DNA of 64,000 nucleotides from positions 2,976,001-3,040,000 of the forward strand of contig CAXXMD010000003.1 in assembly GCA_963675755.2 (NCBI GenBank). The letters are read 5' to 3'. Below, piece by piece: positions 29,112 through 38,733 of the stretch; within the stretch, counting starts at the first letter, position 1; each line of letters starts with the position of its first letter. The notes beneath the pieces were generated by a model. That model did not search any database. It was not told the origin of the DNA and worked only from the letters and a program-made list of their open reading frames with translations. Origin of the DNA: a bacterium. Its GTDB lineage: Bacteria > Zhuqueibacterota > Zhuqueibacteria > Residuimicrobiales > Krinioviventaceae. The position numbers and the translations under genes are program-made.

Positions 29112-30005
29112 ATGTTATCTCATATTCGAAATATATGGGAGAAAAACTGGCCTGAAATACATGCGGCATTGAAAAGAGGTATGCCGCAGTTTGTATTCTC
29201 TCCAAAACCCAAAGCTTTAGGCACAATGATTCCGGTTTTTTGTTATCATACTGTTGAGCAGGAACGGTTCCGTGGTGATCTGGCTTTTCTTGCTGAAAAT
29301 GGTTATGTTACCATAGATGTAAATACATTACAGTCTCATATTTCCGGAGTTGACCTTGCTCCTCAAAACAGTGTGGTAATTACTTTTGATGATGGCGCGC
29401 AAAATCTGTTTGATGTTGCTCTGCCATTGTTAAAAGAATTTGAGATGACTTCAATTGTTTTTATTGCCCCGGGATTGCATCCTGAAAAAGATGAAGCGCA
29501 AGCTCCGGTTCGTCCCCTAAGTTGGGAAACCATGCGAGTTATGCAGGATTCCGGACATTTTGATTTTCAATCACATACCCTTGAACATCGTTATGTGCCA
29601 CGTTGGCCTGAGTTAATTCCGCTTGCCGGAGCAGAGCCCGGATATGTGCAAAAGCGAGCCGGTAAAGCCCTTCCCATGGAAGACGATTTTAAACGTGCTA
29701 AAGAAATGATAGAAGAACATTTGCAAAAGCCTGCAACACATCTGGCATTCCCCAAGTTTTTTGGTACCACTGATGCTATCATGATGGGAAAACATATTGG
29801 TTATGAAGGCTTTTGGTGGGGTGCTTTACCTTACCGCCCCATGAATGCTTTTGGCAGTGGTTCTGAACATATTGTTCGTCTTGAAGCACAGTTCATAAGG
29901 CGTTTACCCGGAGATGGACGCGAATCACTGGCAACTGTTCTGTTGAGACGATACGCCTCAAGTTTAATACGTCTGTTAAATGTTTTTAAAGGGAAAAAGA
30001 AATGA
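29112..30005 (+). CDS. Polysaccharide deacetylase (CE4/NodB family)
   Basis: PVFCYH, ITFDDG, QSHTLEH, HLAFP. Confidence 0.85.
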   Translation: MLSHIRNIWEKNWPEIHAALKRGMPQFVFSPKPKALGTMIPVFCYHTVEQERFRGDLAFLAENGYVTIDVNTLQSHISGVDLAPQNSVVITFDDGAQNLFDVALPLLKEFEMTSIVFIAPGLHPEKDEAQAPVRPLSWETMRVMQDSGHFDFQSHTLEHRYVPRWPELIPLAGAEPGYVQKRAGKALPMEDDFKRAKEMIEEHLQKPATHLAFPKFFGTTDAIMMGKHIGYEGFWWGALPYRPMNAFGSGSEHIVRLEAQFIRRLPGDGRESLATVLLRRYASSLIRLLNVFKGKKK

Positions 30006-30463
30006 CTTTAAAACAGAAATGGACAGAAATAAAAAGATGGATGGCGGTTTATTGTCCACATCCGGCTTTAAGGACCTCCTTATTTCGCCAATGTGGAGTC
30101 AAGATTGGTGAACAGGTTGTGATCAATTTTGGTGTTAATATTATTATTCCGTTATCAGAAAAAGGAGTAAAGGATCACAATATTGTGATTGGAGACCGGG
30201 TTGCTATTGCTACAGGTGCTGTCATTGTTGGGCAGTCTGACCCCAATTTTTCTAAACTATCACGTCTTTACCCGGATGACAGCCGCCCAATCGTTATTGA
30301 AGATGATGTATGGATAGGCGCCAATGCTGTGATTTTACCTGGGGTTACTATTGGAACTCAATCCATTGTTGCTTCGGGTGCAGTTGTAAACCGGGATGTT
30401 CCTCCGTATACTGTTGTTGCCGGCGTGCCCGCCAAAAAAATTAAAGACATTCCCAAAGATTGA
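30002..30463 (+). CDS. Hexapeptide-repeat O-acyltransferase
   Basis: IEDDVWIGANAVILPGVTIG, VAGVPAKKIK. Confidence 0.88.
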   Translation: MTLKQKWTEIKRWMAVYCPHPALRTSLFRQCGVKIGEQVVINFGVNIIIPLSEKGVKDHNIVIGDRVAIATGAVIVGQSDPNFSKLSRLYPDDSRPIVIEDDVWIGANAVILPGVTIGTQSIVASGAVVNRDVPPYTVVAGVPAKKIKDIPKD

Positions 30464-30476
30464 CCAAATAAATTAT

Positions 30477-31619
30477 ATGAATAACGAACAACTATTAAAA
30501 ATTAAAGTGGTTGACACCGATCAGGGGTTTCTTGATCTTGAAAAAGATTGGCAGGCCCTTGAAAAACATGTTCAGGATTTAACTGTTTTTCAAACCTGGG
30601 TATTTCAATATCATACTTGGAAAATTTTTGAAAATCAATCCCATTTACATATTTTGGCAATGTATAATCAAAACAATGAACTTGTTGGCTGTGCCCCTCT
30701 GGGATGGCAAAAACAGCAAGTAGGACCAAAATCCATCAAAACTCTTGGGTTTGCATGTTTAAAATATTGTGATTTTCAAAATATCATAGCCCATTCCGGG
30801 TATCAGGATGAGGTTACTCAACATTTCATACATTGGCTTGCAGAGAATCGTAAAAACTGGGATGATATTGAATTACGACTGGTACGTGAAGATTTTGTAT
30901 TGTATACAAAGCGTGACTTTTTTTCTCAAACCTTTGGTAATGATGTGAGCATCATAAGCGAAGGTATTGCTCCTTTTATTACCATTGACGAATCCTGGGA
31001 CGATTTTCAGAGTACCTTGTCCGGCAAACGAGCAAAATCAGTTCGGTATGAGATTCGCAACTTGTTTAGACAGTATGAGAGTGAATATGTCCATCATTCA
31101 AAGGGTGAAGAACTGTTGAGCGCGCTTGAACAGTTTATGGACTTGCACCAAAAACGAATTCACCAGAAATACCAGTTGGGAGCTTTTCCAACGCTGCAAA
31201 TTCGTCAAGGGTTTACAAACCTGATTAAAGCACTTGAAAAGTATGACTATGTTGATATTCATACAATACAGTCATCGGAAAAGACCATTGCCGCTATCGG
31301 AACCTTTACACATAACAATAAAGTCTCATATTTTCAGGGTGGCTTTGATCCCGATTACTTTAAACTGAGTCCCGGCAAAGTAGTATTGGCATTGAGAATA
31401 ACCGAAGCCATTCAACAGAAAAAGAGCGAATTTGATTTCCTGGTGGGGGATGAAGATTATAAATTTGCTTGGTCTACCGGGCAGCGTGAGATTTTTAAAA
31501 TTCACATCAAAACCGGCTCCTGGAAACAGGGATTATTTACCCAGATGAATGATTTAAAAACAAGGCTTCAGCAATCCGTCAGGTTCCGAAAGCTTTATTT
31601 TAAATTGACCGGTAAATAA
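30477..31619 (+). CDS. GNAT-family acyltransferase (CelD/BcsL-like)
   Basis: TVFQTW, LVGCAPL, FMDLHQKR, GGFDPDYFKLSPG, FDFLVGDEDYKFAW; start moved to ATG 30477 to remove a 68-nt overlap. Confidence 0.82.
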   Translation: MNNEQLLKIKVVDTDQGFLDLEKDWQALEKHVQDLTVFQTWVFQYHTWKIFENQSHLHILAMYNQNNELVGCAPLGWQKQQVGPKSIKTLGFACLKYCDFQNIIAHSGYQDEVTQHFIHWLAENRKNWDDIELRLVREDFVLYTKRDFFSQTFGNDVSIISEGIAPFITIDESWDDFQSTLSGKRAKSVRYEIRNLFRQYESEYVHHSKGEELLSALEQFMDLHQKRIHQKYQLGAFPTLQIRQGFTNLIKALEKYDYVDIHTIQSSEKTIAAIGTFTHNNKVSYFQGGFDPDYFKLSPGKVVLALRITEAIQQKKSEFDFLVGDEDYKFAWSTGQREIFKIHIKTGSWKQGLFTQMNDLKTRLQQSVRFRKLYFKLTGK

Positions 31620-31709
31620 ATAATATTATGCAAATATATATTGATTCTGTAGTAAATATATATTAACTTAACATCTTTTAAACATTAGAGCTTAACTAAA
31701 GTTGGACAT

Positions 31710-32681
31710 TTGATTATGAAAGAAGGTATTTCCGTTGTAATACCTGCATACAATGAACAAGATGGCATAGAACAGGTTGTAAATGATCTGAAAACAATTC
31801 TGGACCCTATTGACATCGAGTATGAAATTATTATTGTTGATGATGGCTCTGCTGACAAAACAGTAGAAAAAGCGCTGTCTACAGGTGTGACTGTAATTGA
31901 ACAATTAAAAAATCGCGGTTATGGCGCATCTTTAAAAATCGGTATACAGTATGCAAATTATGAGTTAATAGTCATTACTGATGCAGACAATACTTATCCT
32001 GCTGAATTTATACCTGAAATGTTGAAATACATAGATGAAGCGGATATGGTTGTGGGTTCCAGAAGAGGTGAAAAGGTAGCCATTCCATTGGTTAGACGCC
32101 CTGCAAAATGGATGCTGCGCAAGCTGGCCAGTTATGTCACAGGCGAACACATTCCGGATTTGAATTCCGGATTACGGATATTTCGCCGTGATTTGATTAT
32201 GCAATATTTTAACATCTTGTCTGACCGGTTTTCGTTTACCACAACTTCTACAGTCTCTTTTTTGAGTGATGGATACAAGATTCAATATGTACCCATCAAC
32301 TATCATCACCGTTCTGGTAAATCAAAGATTGTACCCTGGAATTTTATCGAATTTATCAATCTGGTTATCCGGTTGTCCATGTTGTTCAATCCTTTAAAGA
32401 TATTTATACCCGCGTCTCTTTTTACTTTGGGCTTGGGATTTGTAAAATTTGTGTTTGATGTTATTTGGGCTATTGAAGAGGCTAATGGATTTACCATGTC
32501 ATTTTTTACAAGCAAGGTGATTTCGTCCAGTGTTATGGTGCTCTGGTTTTCAGGTTTACAAATTCTGTTAATTGGTATGATGGCAGATGGTATAAATCGG
32601 AAAATAGCACAGTACAGTACTCCTAAAATTAAATCAAAACACCGGCAAACTGTCAAGATCCACAATGCAGTTCAAAAATAG
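31710..32681 (+). CDS. GT2 polyprenol-phosphate glycosyltransferase-like (DPM synthase family) with C-terminal TMs
   Basis: VIPAYNE, VDDGS, NRGYG, TDADNTY, DLNSGLR. Confidence 0.88.
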   Translation: MIMKEGISVVIPAYNEQDGIEQVVNDLKTILDPIDIEYEIIIVDDGSADKTVEKALSTGVTVIEQLKNRGYGASLKIGIQYANYELIVITDADNTYPAEFIPEMLKYIDEADMVVGSRRGEKVAIPLVRRPAKWMLRKLASYVTGEHIPDLNSGLRIFRRDLIMQYFNILSDRFSFTTTSTVSFLSDGYKIQYVPINYHHRSGKSKIVPWNFIEFINLVIRLSMLFNPLKIFIPASLFTLGLGFVKFVFDVIWAIEEANGFTMSFFTSKVISSSVMVLWFSGLQILLIGMMADGINRKIAQYSTPKIKSKHRQTVKIHNAVQK

Positions 32682-32686
32682 ATTAT

Positions 32687-32716
32687 AAAGCATGTCAATA
32701 ACAGACATGCTTTTAT
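32687..32716 (+). terminator. Putative Rho-independent terminator inside the locus
   Basis: AAAGCATGTC-AATAACA-GACATGCTTT then TATGTTT. Confidence 0.65.
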
Positions 32717-32776
32717 GTTTAACCAAAGCTTACAGTACGCAAAAAAGTACAGGCGAAGGTATTCATAACATAAAAA

Positions 32777-33814
32777 ATGAAAACGCGTAAATCATTGAAA
32801 AAAATAATCTGGCTGTTTGTTAAAATAGCCATTTCCATAACTGCTGTATTCTGGTTTGCATCAACAGTGAATTGGCAGGATGTATACTCCGCCTTAAAAC
32901 AGGTTGACTATGTTGTGTTAACCATTGCTTTTTTGGTGTTCCTGCTGCGGATGCTGCCCTGTTCATTACGTTGGGTGCATGTTGGAAAAACCAGCGGATA
33001 CCATATGACCCTGTGGGAAGCTTTGCATGGGTATATGGCGGGTGGTTTTTTTAATACATTTTTACCCAGTGGCCGAGGTGGCGATGCTGCCCGTGCCATT
33101 ATTATTGCACGATACAAAAAGTGCTCGCTTGGTGGTTTAATGGGCACAATCCTTTTGGAACGCTTTGCCGGTTTAATTGTTACCGTGGCAATTGCTTTGG
33201 CTGCAAGCTTTATTGCTTCTGCTCATATTAAGGCCTTACGCAATGCATTGCCAGGCATGCTGGTGTTGACATTGTTGCTTGTTGCAGCGGGTGTGGTACT
33301 TTTGACTCCGTTTTTTCGCAGTCTGTTTCTCAAAATAACCGCCAAAATGCCATTTCAAAAAGTGTGGAAAGCGGTTGACGATATGCTGGTTGTGTTCCAG
33401 GGATATCGAAAACGTCCCGGTGCTTTGAGCGGAGTTGCCGTATATTCACTGTTGAACCAGATTGTTTTCATTACCGCTGGATATTTAGCAGCGCAATCCA
33501 TTACAGGATTTGATGCTCCGTGGTACAGTTTTGCTATTGTGGTACCTTTGGTGTTTATTGCGGAATTGATACCGTCAATTGGTGGTTATGGTATACGCGA
33601 AGCAAGTTTTGTTGTTTTCTTTGGCTGGTTTGGTGTGCAGCCTGAAAGTGCGGTTGTTTATGGAATATTACAACTGATCTTTATGTGGGTTTCGGCGTTG
33701 ATAGGTGTTGTATTTTTTGTTGCTGGTCTACCCGGATCTAAAACCAGTGTAGATGATATTCAGCATGTGGAAAATAAAGAACTCGAGTTGGAAACGAATG
33801 GATACGAATCATAA
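32777..33814 (+). CDS. Lysylphosphatidylglycerol-synthase TM domain / UPF0104 flippase-like membrane protein
   Basis: LRW, FFNTFLPSGRGGDAAR, LLERFAG, IPSIGGYGIRE. Confidence 0.8.
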   Translation: MKTRKSLKKIIWLFVKIAISITAVFWFASTVNWQDVYSALKQVDYVVLTIAFLVFLLRMLPCSLRWVHVGKTSGYHMTLWEALHGYMAGGFFNTFLPSGRGGDAARAIIIARYKKCSLGGLMGTILLERFAGLIVTVAIALAASFIASAHIKALRNALPGMLVLTLLLVAAGVVLLTPFFRSLFLKITAKMPFQKVWKAVDDMLVVFQGYRKRPGALSGVAVYSLLNQIVFITAGYLAAQSITGFDAPWYSFAIVVPLVFIAELIPSIGGYGIREASFVVFFGWFGVQPESAVVYGILQLIFMWVSALIGVVFFVAGLPGSKTSVDDIQHVENKELELETNGYES

Positions 33815-35246
33815 AAAAAATATATATGTACTGGGTGCAGGCCCTGCAGGCCTTGCGCTTGCAATGAGACTGCTCAGGCGTAATGTTGCAGATTGGCACA
33901 TTACCGTTATTGAACAAAAGCCCTATGTTGGTGGAATTGCTGCCAGTTTCAAGGAAGACGGTTTATACATGGATTTTGGCAGCCACCGGCTGCATCCTGC
34001 AACCTCACCCGAGATTATGGCAGAGCTTAAATCCTTGCTGGGCGATGATTTAAAACTGCGCCCCCGCAACGGTAGAATCCGGTTAATGGGCAAGTTTGTT
34101 AAATTTCCACTGAATCCGGTAGACTTGATGCTGCACATGCCGCCACGATTTTTTATCGGCATGCTTAAAGATATGTTGACAAAACCATTTCGCAAGAAAA
34201 AACAACAGCCCGAAAATTTTGCTGATGTTTTAATGGATGGTTTGGGACCCACAGTATGTAATTCATTTTATTTCCCTTATGCAAAAAAGTTATGGGGCTT
34301 GGAACCGGAAGAGATATCCATTATTCAGGCACAGCGCCGTGTTGCGGCCAATAGTGTTGGTAAGATCTTGAAAAAGATTATTTCATTGCTTCCTGGAATC
34401 AAAAAAGGTGAAGCGGGAAAATTTTATTATCCATTACAGGGATTTGGAGAGATCAGCGAAAAACTTGCTGACAAGGTGCGTGAGCTGGGTGGTGAGATAC
34501 TGCTTTCCACATCAGTAAAAGAGATTCGGATTGAGGAAAACGGTAAGAACAAACTCCTTTTGGAAAAAGTGGATGGGGATGCAAAGTCCGAAAACTGGAA
34601 TGAAAGTGATTTTATTTTTTCATCCATTCCCGTTACAGTTTTAGGCAGATTAATCAAACCCGAAGCAGGTGCTGAAATACGTGAAGCTGCATCAAAACTG
34701 AAATTCCGAAGTATGGTACTGCATTATCTCTTTTTAGAAACGGACCAGTTTACTCCGTATGATGCACACTATGTACCGGAATCCGGTGTACATATCTCAA
34801 GAATTTCTGAGCATCGTAATTACAGTGATGTGACAGAACCCAAAGGCGTTACCGGAATTTGCAGTGAAATACCCTGCCAGGTGGGCGATGATCTTTGGAA
34901 TATGCCGGATGAAGCATTAACCCGACAGGTTGTTAAAGAATTTGAAACCATTGGTTTACCGGTATCTCAAAATATCCGTAAAGCATTTACAAAGAAATTG
35001 CCTTTTGTTTATCCTGTTTATGACCGCAATTTTGAAATCGCTTTTGAAAAGCTGGATGCTTTTGTATCGCAGCAACCCGGATTGATCTCGCTGGGCCGTC
35101 AGGGTTTGTTTGCTCATGATAATACGCACCACACCATAGAGACTGCAAATGCGGCTTGTGATTGCCTTGCCGACAATATGAAATGGGACCATGTTTTATG
35201 GCAGCAGCATCGTGAAGAATTTGAAAAACATGTTGTTGAAGATTGA
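33798..35246 (+). CDS. FAD-dependent oxidoreductase (HemY / UDP-galactopyranose-mutase-like superfamily)
   Basis: LGAGPAGL, EQKPYVGGIA, DFGSHRLH, YAKKLWG, YPVY, LGRQGLF; start moved to ATG 33798. Confidence 0.8.
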   Translation: MDTNHKKNIYVLGAGPAGLALAMRLLRRNVADWHITVIEQKPYVGGIAASFKEDGLYMDFGSHRLHPATSPEIMAELKSLLGDDLKLRPRNGRIRLMGKFVKFPLNPVDLMLHMPPRFFIGMLKDMLTKPFRKKKQQPENFADVLMDGLGPTVCNSFYFPYAKKLWGLEPEEISIIQAQRRVAANSVGKILKKIISLLPGIKKGEAGKFYYPLQGFGEISEKLADKVRELGGEILLSTSVKEIRIEENGKNKLLLEKVDGDAKSENWNESDFIFSSIPVTVLGRLIKPEAGAEIREAASKLKFRSMVLHYLFLETDQFTPYDAHYVPESGVHISRISEHRNYSDVTEPKGVTGICSEIPCQVGDDLWNMPDEALTRQVVKEFETIGLPVSQNIRKAFTKKLPFVYPVYDRNFEIAFEKLDAFVSQQPGLISLGRQGLFAHDNTHHTIETANAACDCLADNMKWDHVLWQQHREEFEKHVVED

Positions 35247-35322
35247 TTTTGTTCAATTTACGCAATAGATCGGAATGGATGTATTAATAGTACTTGATAG
35301 ATAGGATTGAGAATATAGATAT

Positions 35323-35868
35323 ATGGCATCACCTGTAGGACACGCGCTAGGCGGTGTATTGGTATACGCCCTGGACCGGAAACGGAAATTTAATATACCT
35401 GTTTTTCTTGTGGCTATTCTTTTAGCCGGTTTACCGGATATAGATTTTTTATTTGGTTATGTAATTGGACAGCCAAATAAATATCATCATGGTTTTACGC
35501 ATAGTTTTGTGTTTGTTATCATTGCCGGTTTGATTGCGGCCCTGATTATGGGACGCAAAAGTAAAAAACAGTTCTGGTCTTTGAGCGGGCTCTTTGTTGG
35601 CTCTGGTGTGAGTCATATCATATTGGACAGTATTGCCAAAGATACGAGTCCGCCTTTTGGGTCGCCTGTTTTCTGGCCTTTTACGGAAAAGTATTTTATT
35701 TTCCCAATAGAGGTACTTTCTGATATGCACCGTGCTTCTGATTCAGCCGGCTTTATAAAAAGTCTGTTTTCAATGCACAATATGATGACTGTGGGCAGAG
35801 AGTTGTTAATCCTTTTGCCTATTCTGTTATTGGTAATAATTATAAATAAACGATATCGTTCTAAATGA
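35323..35868 (+). CDS. Membrane-bound metal-dependent hydrolase (YdjM family)
   Basis: SPVGH, LPDID, HHGFTHS, SHIILD, FWPF. Confidence 0.85.
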   Translation: MASPVGHALGGVLVYALDRKRKFNIPVFLVAILLAGLPDIDFLFGYVIGQPNKYHHGFTHSFVFVIIAGLIAALIMGRKSKKQFWSLSGLFVGSGVSHIILDSIAKDTSPPFGSPVFWPFTEKYFIFPIEVLSDMHRASDSAGFIKSLFSMHNMMTVGRELLILLPILLLVIIINKRYRSK

Positions 35869-36827
35869 GTGAATCTGTAATTACAAAAGACAAGAATCCT
35901 TACCTTTCGGTTGTTGTTCCTTTTTATAATGAAGAGGAAAATGCAGAAAGACTGTGGAATATCATCAAAGATGTACTTGATGGTACCGGCAAGACTTTTG
36001 AAGTTATCTTTGTGGATGACGGCAGTTCTGATGACACCCGTAACATACTGCGTCGTTTAGCAAAAGAGAACAAAGAGCTGCGGGTGATTTTATTTCGGGC
36101 CAATTTTGGTCAATCTGCCGCAATGGCTGCAGGATTCAAAGCAACACGCGGCGAGATCGTTGTGGCTATGGATGGCGATCTGCAAAATGATCCCCGGGAC
36201 ATACCGGTTTTGCTGAAACGCCTGGATGATGGATTCGATGTGGTCAGCGGTTGGCGTAAAAACCGTAAAGACAAGTTGATCATGCGGAAAATTCCATCCA
36301 AGATTGCAAACCGGATTATTTGTTCTGTAACTAACGTAAAGTTGCATGATACGGGTTGTTCGTTAAAAGCTTTTCGCGGAGACATGCTTCGTAGTATTTC
36401 TCTGTATGGCGAACTGCACCGGTTTATACCGGCGCTTTTACGCATGGAAGGTGCAAATATCAATGAAATACCGGTTAGGCACCATCCACGTCAATATGGA
36501 CAATCTAAATACAATATTACCCGTACATTTCGGGTGATTATGGATCTGACCACAATTCGTATGCTGATGAAACATTTGGAAAATCCGGTACGCTTTTTTG
36601 CGGGATTTGCATGGTTGTGTTTCTGGTCAGGTTTTGCGGTATTGTTGTTTGGTACATATCATTTATTATTTCGCCAGGTAGATATTATCCATTTAAACAT
36701 TCCTATTACTTTGATCGTTCTGTTCTGGGCAACGGCTTTTCAGTTCCTCTGTTATGGGCTGGTAGGCAAGTTGGTGGTTAACACCGGGTCCCGGAAGAAA
36801 TTTGAATATAAAGAGAAGGTACAATGA
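35865..36827 (+). CDS. GT2 ArnC-like polyprenol-phosphate glycosyltransferase
   Basis: VPFYNEE, VDDGS, NFGQSAA, MDGDLQNDP, LYGELHRFIP, C-terminal TMs. Confidence 0.9.
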   Translation: MSESVITKDKNPYLSVVVPFYNEEENAERLWNIIKDVLDGTGKTFEVIFVDDGSSDDTRNILRRLAKENKELRVILFRANFGQSAAMAAGFKATRGEIVVAMDGDLQNDPRDIPVLLKRLDDGFDVVSGWRKNRKDKLIMRKIPSKIANRIICSVTNVKLHDTGCSLKAFRGDMLRSISLYGELHRFIPALLRMEGANINEIPVRHHPRQYGQSKYNITRTFRVIMDLTTIRMLMKHLENPVRFFAGFAWLCFWSGFAVLLFGTYHLLFRQVDIIHLNIPITLIVLFWATAFQFLCYGLVGKLVVNTGSRKKFEYKEKVQ

Positions 36828-37771
36828 GTCAATCGATTAAATCATCACGTATTTCCGTAATTGTTGCAGTCTTTAATCAGGAAGCATACCTTCCAGAATT
36901 ACATGGCCAGCTTGTGCAGACGTTTTCAGAGCATATTGATGATTATGAGCTGATCTATGTTGATGATGGCAGCAAAGACAACTCCTGGCAAGTCATAAGT
37001 GAGCTTCCGGCACAGGATGTTATTGTTAAACGGGTTAAACTACGGACATCGTTTGGAGAATCCGCGGTGCTTGATGCTGGAATCAAAGCGGCAGAAGGAG
37101 AACAAATATTATATTTTACCTGCCGTGTTCGCAGTAATCCCAAGGACTTGTTGAAATTGCTGGGTAGACTGGATGAAGGTAATGATGTGGTTATGGGCTT
37201 GCGTGAACCACGCAGAGATTCCAAACTGAATCAGTTTGTATCCAGATTGTTCAACTCTATGACAAATCGTATGACCCATGTTGGCCTGAATGATATAAAC
37301 AGTGGTGTTATGGCACTTCACCGTGGTGTTTTAGAGCATGTACCGTTTTATGGCTCATTGAATGCATTTATTCCGGTTTTGGCTCACCGTCAGGGATACA
37401 AAGTCGTTGAAGAACCCATTGAACAGCTTCCCGGCCAATTTGAACAATCATTATATCCCAAGAATTATATCAAGCGCTTGCTGGATTTTCTCAGTGTCAT
37501 TTTTATCAGCAAGTACTCTAAAAAACCGTTGCACTTTTTAGGCTTTATGGGCGCTATTTTTACATTGATTGGTGCCATTATTAATATTTATTTGTTTATC
37601 TATCGTATATTAGGTGTGGGCCCCATTGCGGGACGTCCCATGCTTTTACTGGGTGTACTTATGGTTATCATTGGTATTCAGTTGATCTCTATCGGTCTGC
37701 TGGGTGAAATGATCATTTACACTCATGCTAATGAAATTGAAGACTATAACATTGAAGAGATCATTGAATAA
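36824..37771 (+). CDS. GT2 ArnC-like protein lacking the DxD motif
   Basis: VDDGS, FGES, PRRD, DINSG, FIPVLA, IGLLGEMI retained; DxD position reads TCR. Confidence 0.78.
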   Translation: MSQSIKSSRISVIVAVFNQEAYLPELHGQLVQTFSEHIDDYELIYVDDGSKDNSWQVISELPAQDVIVKRVKLRTSFGESAVLDAGIKAAEGEQILYFTCRVRSNPKDLLKLLGRLDEGNDVVMGLREPRRDSKLNQFVSRLFNSMTNRMTHVGLNDINSGVMALHRGVLEHVPFYGSLNAFIPVLAHRQGYKVVEEPIEQLPGQFEQSLYPKNYIKRLLDFLSVIFISKYSKKPLHFLGFMGAIFTLIGAIINIYLFIYRILGVGPIAGRPMLLLGVLMVIIGIQLISIGLLGEMIIYTHANEIEDYNIEEIIE

Positions 37772-38733
37772 TGAAACTCATCATACAAATACCCTGCTAT
37801 AACGAAGAAAAGACTCTGCCGCAAACACTGGCGGATCTTCCCAAATCCCTCAAGGGAGTAGACGAAATTGATCTGTTGATCATTGACGATGGCAGTACTG
37901 ATGATACGGTGCGTGTTGCGCGTGAATTGGGCGTACAGCATATTGTCAGCTTTCCACAGAACAAAGGCCTTGCTATGGGATTCAATGCCGGTATGGATGC
38001 CAGCTTAAAACTGGGCGCCGATATCATTGTCAATACCGATGCTGACAATCAATACAGCGGTGACGATATTCAGGCATTGATTCAACCGATTTTGGACAAG
38101 AACGCGGAAATCGTGATTGGTGATCGGCAAACAGACCAAATTGCTCATTTTTCGTGGACGAAAAAGCGATTACAAAAGCTGGGCAGCCTGGTTGTTCGTC
38201 AGATATCCGGTACCTCAGTCCCGGATGCTACAAGTGGATTCCGTGCTTTTTCACGTGAGGCCGCGTTACGGATGAATATCGTATCTCAGTTTACATATAC
38301 CCTTGAAACCATTATTCAGGCCGGCAAGAAAAATTTAATCGTTGCCGATGTTCCGGTTCGTACCAATGAAAAAACCCGCGAGTCCAAGTTGTTTCGCAGC
38401 AATAAAGAGTATATACGTCGTTCTATTTCTACCATGCTGCGTATTTATGCCATGTATGAGCCCATGAAATTGTTTTCGCTGATTGGTGGTATTTTGTTTA
38501 TGGGTGGTTTTTTAATTGGTTTGCGTTTTCTCTATTTTTATCTGTTTGTTTCCGGTATGGGGCATATTCAGTCTTTGATTCTGGCTGCTGTTCTGTTGAT
38601 CGTTGGATTCCAGGTGCTGGTTATAGGGTTGCTGGCTGATATTATCGGTTCAAACCGCCAATTGATAGAAAATGTTTTATACCGTGTGCGAAAAATGGAA
38701 TCGGATGGTTACCGCAATAAAAAGGGAGAATGA
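37771..38733 (+). CDS. GT2 polyprenol-phosphate glycosyltransferase-like with C-terminal TMs
   Basis: IPCYNEE, IDDGS, NTDADNQY, DATSGFRA. Confidence 0.88.
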   Translation: MKLIIQIPCYNEEKTLPQTLADLPKSLKGVDEIDLLIIDDGSTDDTVRVARELGVQHIVSFPQNKGLAMGFNAGMDASLKLGADIIVNTDADNQYSGDDIQALIQPILDKNAEIVIGDRQTDQIAHFSWTKKRLQKLGSLVVRQISGTSVPDATSGFRAFSREAALRMNIVSQFTYTLETIIQAGKKNLIVADVPVRTNEKTRESKLFRSNKEYIRRSISTMLRIYAMYEPMKLFSLIGGILFMGGFLIGLRFLYFYLFVSGMGHIQSLILAAVLLIVGFQVLVIGLLADIIGSNRQLIENVLYRVRKMESDGYRNKKGE

